Notes: generated from the letters alone by a model not told the origin. A stretch of 64,000 bases of DNA from Eledone cirrhosa (GCA_964016885.1 OZ024745.1:60698001-60762000), one strand, 5' to 3'; shown: positions 40,911 to 54,302, counted from the first letter of the stretch. Numbers and translations: made by a program.

Positions 40911-41093
40911 GCTACTCCCTCAACGATTTCACACTTCGTCACTACTACTGTACTACAAAGGAACAAACGAAACGAATCAACAACAACAATCCAACCAAAA
41001 CTCATATTAACTACCGCTATACATGCTATACATACATACATACATACATACATACATACATACATACATACATACATACATACATACATACAT

Positions 41094-41497
41094 GGTGGCT
41101 GCCAACTCGTTTTCGAGTACGGCCACTACTTTATATCCATGTAGGAGAACCCCTACCGATGCGCTGAACGAATGTGACTTTTTAGTCCAACCAGCGACTT
41201 GAAAACTCTGGTACAAACACTACACTTGTGACAATTATTGACACATAGTGCTGGGCCCATGGTACCATGTGATAACAAGTGCAGAGAGATATCCAGATAC
41301 AAAGCAATGCCTGTGCCGTGAAGCTTTTATAGTGAGCAAAGGCACTGCACAAAGCCAGTCCCACTCTCTTAACCAAGATGATATTTACCAAAAAGAACAA
41401 GTCAACATAATTGGATACCATCAGGGTTGCAGGTGTTATATCAGAGTTTTCCTTCTCCTAGAATTGTGCCTTGACAAAGGCTAAGGAGTCATCTCTC
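41094..41497 (-). mobile_element. 5'-truncated copy of the bipartite RTE element
   Basis: Reverse complement match; (CATA)n tail at 41028-41093. Confidence 0.8.
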
Positions 41498-41547
41498 ATA
41501 TATACATACATACACACACACATGCACGCGCGCGTACACACACACGC

Positions 41548-41603
<56 letters not shown>

Positions 41604-42133
41604 TATATACTCCCTTATTCATAACAGCTACTAGACAGGCGAAGACTGTCTAACCAACCACCCCTACAAATGGAAGACGGCGTGACGATCTTCAAAACTG
41701 ACACGCCAGACAGTCGAATTTCACCGAACACGATCACAGTCGTTTAACTTAATTCAACAGGTCAACTATGAATAAATTAATAAAATACATATTGTGATTT
41801 AGTTGAACAACTTCAGTTTTCTTTGACTGCAGTTCTCAAAATTATGACAGTTACTTGATATTCATTAAAAAAGATATAAATAGAAGCATAATAACAAAAG
41901 ATTAATATGCTATGCTACAGGAGAGAATTTGACAAGAGCAGGCACAAATAACAACGGGGTATTTCCTATATATTATTTATTCATTGCTTATATGTAAAGA
42001 AGAGTGAAGAAACTGAAATCCTATAGTTTTCTTTGATATGTTCATTGTATGTGATTTTGTTTGTGTGTGCGTGGTTTAGCACATAACCATACACAAATAT
42101 ACCCACAAACACGCATGCACACACAAGTACACG

Positions 42134-42219
<86 letters not shown>

Positions 42220-42365
42220 TTTTGAGTTTATGTTGGTTGTATACCAACACCCCAGTATGCAGGCTGGAGCACTCGACGAAGTGCGCAGGTTGGTTTGGTT
42301 ACTCCGGAGTAGTGTAAAATAAAGTTAAATAAAAGTCAAATGATTAAAATTTAGCTTCGTTTATT

Positions 42366-42420
42366 ACTGCTATATATATTTCAGTGACAGCCATCTTTGG
42401 CTGTGACCTCTTCAGGCAGT
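42366..42420 (-). ncRNA. Type I hammerhead ribozyme, left arm of 160-bp foldback
   Basis: Exact reverse complement of 42546-42600. Confidence 0.88.
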
Positions 42421-42545
42421 TTGAATTAGTATGGTATAGACAAGTACATATGTTGTTTAGGTGTATGATATTGTCAATACTCTGAGTATTGACAATATCA
42501 TACACCTAAACAACATATGTACTTTTCTATACCATACTAATTCAA

Positions 42546-42600
42546 ACTGCCTGAAGAGGTCACAGCCAAAGATGGCTGTCACTGAAATATATATAGCAGT
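42546..42600 (+). ncRNA. Type I hammerhead ribozyme, right arm of foldback
   Basis: ACTGC-CTGAAGA-ggtcACAGCCAaagaTGGCTGTcact-GAAA-TATATA-TA-GCAGT. Confidence 0.88.
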
Positions 42601-42638
42601 AATAAACGAAGCTAAATTTTAATCATTTGACTTTTATT

Positions 42639-42689
<51 letters not shown>

Positions 42690-42694
<5 letters not shown>

Positions 42695-42736
42695 TATGTA
42701 TACGTACATACATATATGTATACAGACGTACAGTAG

Positions 42737-42792
<56 letters not shown>

Positions 42793-43575
42793 CATGCACA
42801 CATATATATATGTACGTATGGATTCACCGAACATTTATTATAATGCTCGGTGTGTAACAAACATCCCGAATTAAGCCATACAGTGTCTAGCAACCATCGT
42901 TGCTCATTTGTTTAACACTGACAAAGGAACGATGTACTAGTTTCAAGCTTATTAGCTATCGCCAGCAACGTATACCTTCCTGCCAGATGATTGAACGTCT
43001 GAAAGTATATACTTTCCTTATGCATATTAACGGCTGAGCAGCCTAATTTGCATATCGAGTGATTTAATCGGCCGGGCGCACCGAAAACGATAAACGGAAA
43101 TAATGAAACGAAATTTCATTTCTCACTCTTAGTACGGATGTTACTTAAATATAAGTATGTATACGTACATACATATATGTATACAGACGTACAGTAGTAT
43201 GTATATATATATATACATACATGCACACATATATATATGTACGTATGGATTCACCGAACATTTATTATAATGCTCGGTGTGTTTGTATATTTAAGTAACA
43301 GCGGTACTAAGTGTGAGAAATGAAATTTCGTTTCATTTTTTCCGTTTATCGTTTTCGGTGCGCCCGGCCGATTAACTCAGTGTTGAACAAACGAGCAACG
43401 ATGGTTGCTAGACACTACGGCTTAATACGGGATGTTTGTTTACAAACACACCGAGCATTATAATAAATGTTCGGTGAATCCATACGTATATATATATATA
43501 TGTGTGCATGTATGTATATATATATATACATACTACTGTACGTCTGTATACATATATGTATGTACGTATACATAC

Positions 43576-43580
<5 letters not shown>
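42690..43580. repeat. Nested inverted-repeat complex
   Basis: Outer arms ~42690-42920 and 43378-43580; inner arms ~43064-43152 and 43286-43375; a third direct copy of the outer-arm start lies at 43150-43283. Confidence 0.75.
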
Positions 43581-43663
<83 letters not shown>

Positions 43664-43846
43664 ACTAGGAAATATCATTAAAAAACACGTGGGTGAAAAC
43701 ACAAGGACAATTCCTGCACATCAGGTGCCTTCTGTGGATCGTTATAGTTTCGAATGTATTAAAGACAGGACTATTCATCACAGTGCATTAATAACTATTC
43801 TCGGATTATATATATATATATGTGCATGCCCATATATGGACTGTAC

Positions 43847-43938
43847 CCCTTGATAAGTTCAGCTAGATTCCCGCCGTTCTAATACTGCTGGCTCAGTTCG
43901 GATCTAGCTGTCGAAACGGCCGGAGCTCAGCCGTCGGG
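43847..43938 (+). ncRNA. Type I hammerhead ribozyme, U3:A8 variant with long helices II and III
   Basis: CCC-TTGATAA-gttCAGCTAGAT...ATCTAGCTGtc-GAAA-CGGCcggagctcaGCCG-TC-GGG; its 3' half recurs in both arms of 45877-45992. Confidence 0.72.
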
Positions 43939-43954
43939 TTCCCCCCCCCCCCAT

Positions 43955-44005
<51 letters not shown>

Positions 44006-44684
44006 TTAACTTTGACTGGGTGAATTATGTTTCAGAGGAAGAAATCGTGAAGTAGAAGGATGCATAGTTTTTCTGAAGAATATCCGGTTTGAAACCATCT
44101 TTTTATCCGGTTGTTTTGTTATATTCAACAAAGGAAACTTCATGGAAGAGGTCGATAAGTTTACTTGCAGCTAAGAGGAAAAATTTAAAGTTTCGAGCAT
44201 TTTTCTTTCGTCTGATTGAGGAAGAAAACGTGGTTGAAGGCATAGGAAAGAGGGGAAAATGAAAGAAGCAATGTTGTGAAAGTATGAAGAAAATAAATGC
44301 CACTAGGGAGGTGAGGTGAGGTGAGGAAATTAGAAGTGGAGAGGGGAGGTAGAAAGAGTTAATTAAAATCTTGCCGAGGTTAACCTTGCTCTATTTTCTT
44401 TCAGGTCGATAAAGAAAGTACCAACCCAATGATGGGTCATCTCTCTCTCTCTCTCTACTCAGTTGTAATATATCCTGCTGAATCGAGAAAGAGAGAGAGA
44501 GAGAGTTGAGACGGCCTCTGTGTCTTCTTGCTTCTGCATGAGCACCTAAAGCCCTTAGTGAGAGCATGGTACATACTATCAAGTCATACTGGATTGTCAG
44601 TAACGGCATATTCATATACGATGGCTGCCCCCTCGTTATCGAGTATGGCCGTTGCACGATTTACCATTATTAATTAATTCTATC

Positions 44685-45142
44685 GGGCAATGCCTGTGCT
44701 TAAAGATATTTTTTAAAGTGAGGAAAGACTGTGCACTGAGCCAATCCCACCCTCTGAGCGACAGTAGCTATAACCCGAAAAGAAGAAAAGATCAACACAT
44801 CATCAGTAACTACTAAGCCGCAGGTTTTATATCGGAGTTATCCCAGTTTCCTGAGTTGCCTTCTCCTAAAAGAATGCCCTGACAAAGGCTAGGGGTCCGT
44901 CACTCCCAGTGGTTTAACTGCGCAGTACATGTGTATATACATATTTACACACTTTTGGATGGTCGTTGACTCTTATGAGTTCATCCGCCCTTTGTCAGGT
45001 ATTGTTTTTTGTCATGTAGGGTGTCTAATATCACCCTCCTCACCAATTAAACTTGGTCGGGTTGCCGATTAGGTCGCCGACGACACGACCATGCTTCAGG
45101 TTGTACTGGGTTACATGTTACCAGTAGCACTCAAGAGTGACC
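44685..45142 (-). mobile_element. Older diverged relative of the bipartite RTE element
   Basis: Shares GTGCTACTGGTAACATGTA.CCCAGTACAACCTG, GGTGAGGAGGGTGA, CCCCTAGCCTTTGTCA and GCACAGGCATTGC; another fragment at ~36720-36908 (+). Confidence 0.65.
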
Positions 45143-45182
45143 CGACATAATATTCATATATGCATACATACATTCATACATA

Positions 45183-45300
<118 letters not shown>

Positions 45301-45463
45301 TGAAAAACACCTGGAGGTTATATCCGTAGTAAGTAGAGCACTCAGTCAATAGGACGAGTTCGGTATAAAGTTAGTTCCACAGCAAAACTTTTTCACCACA
45401 ATCTAACTCGAGTTGAAAATCCGTTGGGTGAGACGCGCATCCTGATCCTCGTTAATCTCTGTT

Positions 45464-45502
<39 letters not shown>

Positions 45503-45518
45503 GTGTGTGTATGTGTGC

Positions 45519-45578
<60 letters not shown>

Positions 45579-45754
45579 AAGAAAATGTTCGCTCTACATG
45601 GCTGAATACATTAGTGTCTGCAGTTCTGTTCACATGCCAACACAAGAGAGCAACAATGAAGGGATCATTCTACTGACACGACGATAAAATTGAGGCTTGT
45701 TTGCATAATGGCAAACGAATCGAATGTTATTAATATTAAAAAAACTCAGATTAC

Positions 45755-45799
<45 letters not shown>

Positions 45800-45800
<1 letters not shown>

Positions 45801-45987
45801 CGAAGGAAATGTGGTAAGGAACCAGGTGGACCATAACGCAGCAAAGTACTCAATACTTAGGGTAGTAGAGTGGGCAATAGGAACGAGTAGGACCCCGACG
45901 GCTGAGCTCAAGCCGTTTCGACGGCTAATTCTGGACTCAATTAGCCGTTGAAACGGCTTGAGCTCAGCCGTCGGGGTCCTACTCGTT

Positions 45988-45992
<5 letters not shown>
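45800..45992. mobile_element. Foldback insert carrying HHR 3' halves (family of 43847)
   Basis: 54-bp arms 45877-45930 and 45939-45992, each with GAAA-CGGCTTGAGCTCAGCCG-TC-GGGG; unique tail on the left. Confidence 0.75.
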
Positions 45993-46047
<55 letters not shown>

Positions 46048-46426
46048 AACGGAGAAAGCTAATGGCAATACTCCGGCCAAATTCCAACTCACTCAACAAA
46101 CTGAGTATATTCCTAATTAAACGTTCGGGGTGCTAACTATATTGTATTGTATGGAGAATTGGCTGTATCATTTCTTGTGAGATATATCAAATATATCACT
46201 TCCCAGACGACTCGTTTCATTATAAGATTTCTACAAGTTGGGTGAAATTATACAAAATTATGTAGAAGCTTGTATAAGATCAACAGATATATATCAAGGA
46301 AACAAGAAGCAAAGAGAGGGGGCCAGATACGTAGTTAGTGGTGTGTATGTATTGTGTGGTTGCATGTATTGATGTATGCGCGCGCGTTATACGGAAGAGG
46401 TGTGGCAGGTTTTCGTATTCAGGATA

Positions 46427-46461
<35 letters not shown>

Positions 46462-46490
46462 AAAGAATAGAGGTGTAACACACAAGTTAT

Positions 46491-46874
46491 TATATATTGG
46501 TAAACGGAATAGAAAATGCTGACAAATTGTTCAAATTGTTCAAATTTAAAGACAATGCCACCCACACCCAGCGCATCAGCAAGGAATCCCACTTCACTAA
46601 CAAACACGGACCCCGTCTAAACACTTCTCCCTAAGACGAACCCACAACATACACACGTCAACATACATACCTGGTACACAGACATACACACATAGGTATG
46701 TATGTTGACGTGTGTATGTTGTGGGTTCGTCTTAGGGAGAAGTGTTTAGACGGGGTCCGTGTTTGTTAGTGAAGTGGGATTCCTTGCTGATGCGCTGGGT
46801 GTGGGTGGCATTGTCTTTAAATTTGAACAATTTGAACAATTTGAACAATTTGTCAGCATTTTCTATTCCGTTTA

Positions 46875-46884
<10 letters not shown>
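46491..46884. repeat. Long palindrome (~180-bp arms) in (TA)n, no HHR seen
   Basis: Arms 46491-46672 and 46694-46884, differing by one 9-bp unit (AATTTGAAC). Confidence 0.85.
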
Positions 46885-46916
<32 letters not shown>

Positions 46917-46923
<7 letters not shown>

Positions 46924-47202
46924 AGATCAAAAGATGGTTAAAGGAGTTCCATGTATTTTATTATGCGCATTTCAAAAACAAACATCATCATGCAATAATA
47001 TTTGTGTTTTCATCAGATAAAACAGGAGAACATGATATGAAGGCTAAAAAACACTTGTGGATAGTGCAGTTTTAAATCAACATGGAACTCCTTTAACCAT
47101 CTTTTGATCTTATATTATGTATACTCCAGTCCTACAAACTGTAGAGTGCTTCTTATCCGATATCTGCATTGCTTTATTGTACTACAATAAAACTCACCTC
47201 CT

Positions 47203-47205
<3 letters not shown>
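46917..47205. mobile_element. HHR-bearing insert with inversion (family of 18525-19345)
   Basis: Minus-strand segment with HHR (46917-47083) joined to a plus-strand 3' tail; ~33-bp overlap forms an inverted repeat. Confidence 0.75.
46956..47022 (-). ncRNA. Type I hammerhead ribozyme (same family as 19152-19218)
   Basis: Minus strand TTTTAT-CTGATGA-...-GAAA-TGCGCA-TA-ATAAAA. Confidence 0.85.
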
Positions 47206-47270
<65 letters not shown>

Positions 47271-47431
47271 TATCAGTTTCAGAAGATCCCGTTAAGGGTG
47301 AAAGCAGCGATTCTTTGCTTAAACTTTAATCTGTTATTTTAATAAATATTTGCTCTACGGTTCTTATATATTTGATATATATTTATCCTTATCGAACCCT
47401 CTTTGGATTTTAGTCTTCAAATTTATTATTA

Positions 47432-47537
<106 letters not shown>

Positions 47538-48169
47538 AATGTATGTATATATAAATATATAGCCATCACTGGCAATACAGAATAACTCGATGGTATGTAC
47601 CAGCTATATGCATCTCCGCGCATGACGACTCCACTCTTTACACCCCTCAGTGCTTCGTAAAGGTCCAAGAGATCGGCTACGTATATACGGTGTTTGTTGC
47701 CATTAAAAAGCTGTGGTACACCTATCAAATGTAAGAGGTCAGAGTTGTCATGGTCCCTTCACTTAATGCCTCAAAGCGGGTATCTTCAACCTATCTTATA
47801 ACATCTCCGCGCACGAGCACACCACAAGAAGAAGAAGAAGAAGAAGAAGAAGAAGAAGAAGAAGAAGAAGAAGAAGAAGAAGAAGAAGAAGAAGAAGAAG
47901 AAGAAGAAGAAGAAGAAGAAGAAGAAAGAGAGAGAGAGTGAGAGAGAGAAAGAGAGAGAGAGCGAGAGAGAGAGAGAGAGAGAGAGCTATATAGGGAGAG
48001 AATCGACTTCGAAATGAAGAAAAAAAATTGACTGCAGCGGGATTCGAACTCAGAAAGCCGGAACGGTTGCAGCAAAGCAATCATTCTATCCGACGTTCTA
48101 ACAACTCTGCTAATTCACCGCATACGTACATATATACATACATACAAGTGTATGTTTTAGTGACTCCCC

Positions 48170-48202
<33 letters not shown>

Positions 48203-49299
48203 CCACACACACACATACATACACACACATACACATACACACACGCGCGCACATACACACACATACAGATAGACACAGACATACACACACACGCACACAC
48301 ACACAGGCACATAATACATACATACATACATACATACATACAGAGACTTACACAGAGACATACACAGAGGCATACACACAGACAGACAGACAGACCGACA
48401 CACACACACACACACACACTCACACACACACACACACACACAGCTGCAGACAAAGGCACATGATGCTTATTAAAAATTGATTTCCGGTTAAAATATTAAC
48501 CTTCCGATCGCGGAGGGAAATTTTCCTTGAAGTCGTCACTTTGTGTGAGTGAGTGTATGTCTATGTGAGTTCGTGCGTATGTCTGTGTGTGTGTGTGTGT
48601 GTGTGTGAGTGTGCATGCATGTGTGTATGCGTCTGTGTGCGTGTGTGTTTATCTGTGTCTCCGTGTGCGTGCGTGCGTATGTATGTATGTATATATGTAT
48701 CTGTGTATGTATATATGTAAGTGTGTATGTTTGTATGTATGTATATATGTATGTATATATGTATGCATGTGTGTGTGTGTATGTATGTGTGCATGTGTGT
48801 ATGTATGTAGGTATATGTTTATGTATATATGTATGTATGTATGTGTGTATGTATATATGTATGTATGTATGTATGCATGTATGTATGTATATATGTATGT
48901 GTGTATATTCTCAGATTCTCAGAATTCAAGCTGGTCATCAACAAAGTCACAAGACTTTGTATGAGTCAAAAAATTTCCAGGGATTTCTGAATATGTGAAT
49001 GAATTAGTGTGTGTGTGTATGTGTGTGTGTGTGTGTGTGTGTAGGATGGTGTATGTATGGATATACATGCACTCATGTAGCTGCTCATCTATCTTTATTG
49101 TATGTATATGTGTGTATCCATGTGTATGTAAGTGTGTGTATGTTTAGGTTGCGATTTTTTCTTTATGTAAGCTTGTATATAACTTATTTGTATGTATGTT
49201 CCTTTACACTTTTATTTGTTTCAGTTATTAGACTGAGACCATACTGTGGCATTGTATTAATGAACACATACAAATACATAAACACATACACAAACATAT

Positions 49300-49357
<58 letters not shown>

Positions 49358-49446
49358 GTGTAAAATGTAAACAGAAATAGCAACACAATCGGTACAGTAT
49401 ATGGAAGGGATATATTAGGTTAACGCTTGATATAGCAGGAAGAGGG

Positions 49447-49482
49447 TCTTAACGTTTCGGACGCTAGTCCTTCATCAGAAGA
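49447..49482 (-). ncRNA. Minimal type I hammerhead ribozyme
   Basis: Minus strand TCTT-CTGATGA-aGGACtagcGTCC-GAAA-CG-TT-AAGA. Confidence 0.85.
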
Positions 49483-49772
49483 AAGAATGAGAAATAAGAT
49501 AGATTGAGGGGACGGGCGGGTTGGAATTGGAAAAAACGCCTTTAGATAAAAATAACAGGTCCATTCATGTTGACATCTCTTGCAAAACATATATGTCGGT
49601 TTTTTTTTTCGAAGGAAAAAAAGCAGTGATTTCGAAGTTTTGGCTGTAATGATAGTAATCAGATTAAAGAGGTTCTATAAAGCCGGAACGTCGAAGTTAC
49701 TGCCAACCTATATCTGCTTATATGTACTGACTGTTCATTCAATTAACGTTTGACGGGTTCTATGTTTATATT

Positions 49773-49803
<31 letters not shown>

Positions 49804-49939
49804 GGGGGGGGGGGGGTGCATGTGTATGCGTGTGTGTATGTCTATATATATATATATATATACATATATATATGCAAATAGTATTTGAAAAGTACAAAGC
49901 AAACATTTAGCTTAACAATTAGCTTAACGCTTGATAGAG

Positions 49940-49975
49940 TCTTTACGTTTCGGAAAGCTCTCCTTCGTCAGAAGA
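49940..49975 (-). ncRNA. Minimal type I hammerhead ribozyme, paralog of 49447-49482
   Basis: Minus strand TCTT-CTGACGA-aGGAGagctTTCC-GAAA-CG-TA-AAGA; helix II covaries with the 49447 copy. Confidence 0.85.
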
Positions 49976-50978
49976 AAGAATGGGAAATAAAAGATGAATT
50001 AGTAAAATAAGAGAGAGAAGAGGAAGGAACGGGAAAAAAATTTGAGAAAAAACACGCGTGTATTCAGTCAGCCATTTTGGAATAGATATATTAACATTTT
50101 AAAAAAGAAAATTGCTCCATTGTGCAGTAACGACGAAATTTATGATGACGATTGACGAAATTAAAGTTGCCGATGAAGAAGTTAAAGTTAACGATGGTGA
50201 AACTGTAACTGACGATAACGAGATTGAGGATGATGATGATGATGATGATTTTGAGATTAGCGTTGGCGAGATTGTCGCTGATACTGACGAATTTGTGGGG
50301 GAAAACCCTGTATATCAACGGCGGAAGGTTAGCACGGTCACTGTGACTGAAACTAGTTTAAAAAAAAACCCCACGCACTTACACATACACAAACACACAT
50401 ATATTTCTGTGTATGTACACCTGGGCCTCTTTTTTTTTTTTTTAACCTATAAAATTCTGATCAATGCATGCTTCCGTTTATTTCTATAATAAAATAAACA
50501 GTGAAATGAAGGAAGAGAAGAACATGCAATTCTGATGCAATATTCTACTATATTGCATTAGGCCTGCTGCATTTCATACAACGAAAAAGAACGATACATT
50601 CTTGGAAGATAAACAACAAAAAATGCAACACGACAACAATAAAAAAAACAACAGACCATCACGAAAAAAAAGCACTTAAACAACACTCGGGAGGGGGAGC
50701 GGGTGCTCTACGTGGTCACTCGATCTGCTAGATAAAACAGCCAAGTATTGTTGAATTCATACACTAATGTGTTTAAAAAAATGGAAATCAAAACTTCGTA
50801 GTCACTCTCACTTATTTTTCTCACGTAAACCTATACTCTGATCATATGTATTGAGTGCTCATTCAGTTATTGCTTGAACGAAAGCACCCACTTCAGTATA
50901 CTCACATGATTATGCGTGCGCGCACAAGTACAAGCACTTATATACACACGCATACATACATACCACACAAACACACGG

Positions 50979-51073
<95 letters not shown>

Positions 51074-51678
51074 TATATATATATATAAAATAATAATAAT
51101 AATTGTTTCTACTTTAGGCACAAGGCCAGCAATTACCCAGTACATTACTGGTACTTTATTTTATCGACCCCGTAAGGATGAAAGGCAAAGTTAATTTCGG
51201 CGGGATTTGAGCTCAGACTGTAAAATAATAATAATAATGCAAGGGCGTTTATTGATTGGTGACGCGCGTTTCGCTATTGATCAGCTCAAAGTTCGATCTT
51301 CATCGATCTGGCCCGACTCTGGAATCAAAAGCTCGTTGAACGTCTGATGTAGTAATGACAGAATGAATATACATAGGAAAGTCTAACGTCCATATGTTGG
51401 TCAGTTTATGTTATTTTGATTGGTGGGTTAATTATGAGGAATGTTTTGGCCTGTATGATAGGGGGGGGGGGGTGAGCGTAGTGACGAGGTAGTGGTGGGG
51501 ATCAAAGGTTGATGTGAGTTGCCGGGGTGTGGTGTTTGGCCTGCCCTAGACAAGTCGGCGTGTACGTTTCTGAACATATAATCACATCAATAAATAAATA
51601 TATATCTAGGGATATTTTACTTTTCGTATTATTTTATTCTATTATATTTTTTTAAGTTTTTCTTGGTGTGAATGCGTG

Positions 51679-51749
<71 letters not shown>

Positions 51750-52737
51750 GTATGAGAATTCTTTAAAAATCATTCCTATCTATAAATTTCTTTTTTGCGA
51801 ATGACTTTCAGCACAAGGACTTTGAACAACTTCTAAAAATCCCTGGCCTACCAGTACTATTGATATGAGTGTGGGCCATTTCTGATTTGAAATAAACTCT
51901 GAATAAACGAATCTGTTTATAAGCCAAGTCCATCATGAAGATCACCTCACCGCGTTCCATTGGCCGAGAAGGGTAGGCAGTTTTCCTCTATCCACTAGCT
52001 ATAAAGAAATTTAAAATAGATACTTTCCTCTTTGACCAATCCCTGATCAAATACTTCAAGCACATGTGTATTAGGTTAAGTAATTTGGTAGAGCTGAACC
52101 ATATTAAGAGGACAGATGGTTCTGTCATTCACGTCGCTGGTTGGCGTGGACTTGCCTCCTCAGGTGTTGATGTTTAAGCTTAATATCTGCAAAAGGTTAT
52201 TCTGTGGTGTCGTTGAGAGATGATCCCCTTGACGGATTGAGCGTTATTCGAAACGGTTCCAACTGGTGGTTATTTAGTTTGACCAACTAACAGACGTTGC
52301 TTTATGTTTAAGCAGTCTAGCCTCTGAAAACCGGACCGAAACCATCAGTGTTACGTATTGATGGTCGACACTATCGTAGGGTTTTGGATTCATCCAAGTG
52401 ATTTAGACAGCCACCAAAGCCAGGTTTATTACCTGTCCTTTCTAAGGTAAGATAAAGATTGATGGGAATAGATCTAGGTAACTACACGGGTCTGGATACT
52501 CCCTACCACACTATCGATTATAAGTGCCAAACTCTTGATCACCAATAAGACAACATCCACTAAGTCACTTGGTCTGCTAGAAACAATAGAAAAGATCTGT
52601 CAAAAAATCACACTCGAACGCCTTAGAAAATAAAGACATCATATAGGTCGTAGGTATACTGTCTTAGAAAAAAGACAAGATGGTCAGAACTGGAATGTAT
52701 TTGGTAAAAGGCCTACAAGATGAGGATTGGTCTTGGG

Positions 52738-53038
52738 CAGTGGTTCCCAACCTTTTTTCCTTTGGGCCTCATTTTCAGAATGAAAATTTTCTCGCGCTTC
52801 ACCAAATTTTATGTGATAAAAATATCACAATCATAAAATATGACAATAATATTTTTGACTATTTATACAGGGACTCATGCATGCAATTACAAGTAATCCA
52901 TAATTATATTTGAAATTTTAAAATCATATTTATTCTTGGCATGTGAATTTTTAAAAACTGATTCTCAATCTTTGATTGTCTTTCAATCATTCCGCTTCAC
53001 TTGCTGTCCTCTTCCTTCGCACCTTTTGGGAAGCATTG
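52738..53038. mobile_element. hAT/Charlie-type MITE
   Basis: TIRs CAGTGGTTCCCAA / TTGGGAAGCATTG; 8-bp TSD GTCTTGGG/GTCTAGGG. Confidence 0.75.
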
Positions 53039-53350
53039 GTCTAGGGCAAAACAACAATGAAGGAGTTCATTAAGGATGTCTTTATATCAATGTGTAAGGC
53101 GACGAGCCGTTAAGTACACCTTAACAATCTTATCTAAGCCTCATTTAGAGATATTCTTAATTTCAATGTTAATTATCTCAAATAGATTTGCTTTATGTTT
53201 ATTTTTGTATTTCTTTTTGTTGCTAATCTACTTTTGTGAACAGGTGTCGGGTCAGTAACACTGTCCTAGAAAAGAGAAAAGATATGAACTGGTATCTGAT
53301 AGTTGTTATGTAGCCCCAAGTCAAGTCAGCCCTTCTTCAACATATGAATA

Positions 53351-53424
<74 letters not shown>

Positions 53425-53434
53425 ATGTGTGCGT

Positions 53435-53470
<36 letters not shown>

Positions 53471-53477
53471 ATATATG

Positions 53478-53509
<32 letters not shown>

Positions 53510-54084
53510 TACATACATATATACATATATATATATGTATACTATAGAGTAAAGCATGTCCAGAGAATTATTTGATAATATATATACATCATCTCTACTC
53601 CCAATCAGCATAATTAAGCACACAAAAAATCAATTAGACCAGGCTATAAGAATAAAAGGCACCTATGAAGAAACAGTAAATAAATACGCCACAGCAGCGC
53701 TTTCGCATCCAACCGCTATAGAATATTTACCCAACATTTCAACAGCACGTGGGAATTAATTAAAAATACGGTCAACCATACATAATTAGGTAAAAATTAA
53801 AGTTAGAAATGCTTATATACATACCAGGATATAAACCACTAAATAAATAAATATATATATATATATATATGCAAAGTTTTATTTAAATTGTTGGGTTACA
53901 ACGAGTAAATGTTTATAACTGATCTATCTCTCTCTATTTAGTTGCATGCATTTCTTCTTTTTCTTTCTTTCTTTCTTTTTATAACTGTCCATAATATTTT
54001 TCACTACCAAATCAACTTTTCAAATGCAAGTCGAAGTTGAAAGGTATGTCGAATCTATCTATTTATAAGACTGTTTATATTGTA

Positions 54085-54146
54085 TTTTGTCTGAAGAAGG
54101 CATAACATATTGTTAATATGATATCCCTGAAATATATATAATGAAA
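54085..54146 (+). ncRNA. Type I hammerhead ribozyme (family of 62714-62774)
   Basis: TTTTGT-CTGAAGA-aggcataacatattgttaatatgatatccct-GAAA-TATATA-TA-ATGAAA. Confidence 0.75.
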
Positions 54147-54188
54147 TAAATATGGTTTTATAAATATAATTTCCATTTATTTAATATC

Positions 54189-54254
<66 letters not shown>

Positions 54255-54302
54255 GAAAATATATACAGTTGAAATTGCAAACTTGACTGTCACCACACAT
54301 TA

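Larger units (their letters stand above)
42215..42643. mobile_element. HHR-bearing asymmetric foldback insert in (TA)n
   Basis: 160-bp arms 42323-42482 and 42484-42643 centred on 42483, plus a unique ~105-bp tail on the left. Confidence 0.85.

Noticed and set aside
47280-47312. CAGAAGA...GAAA motif as a functional HHR
   Set aside because: A at core position 4 and no NUH/helix I closure; treated as a relic and not counted.
50112-50330. Acidic ORF as a host exon
   Set aside because: Looks like degenerate GAT/GAC/GAA repeats; splice signals weak; no supporting exons.
51750-52560. Unique-looking stretch as possible PLE RT or host exon
   Set aside because: No ORF of 60 aa or more in the track and no recognisable motif.
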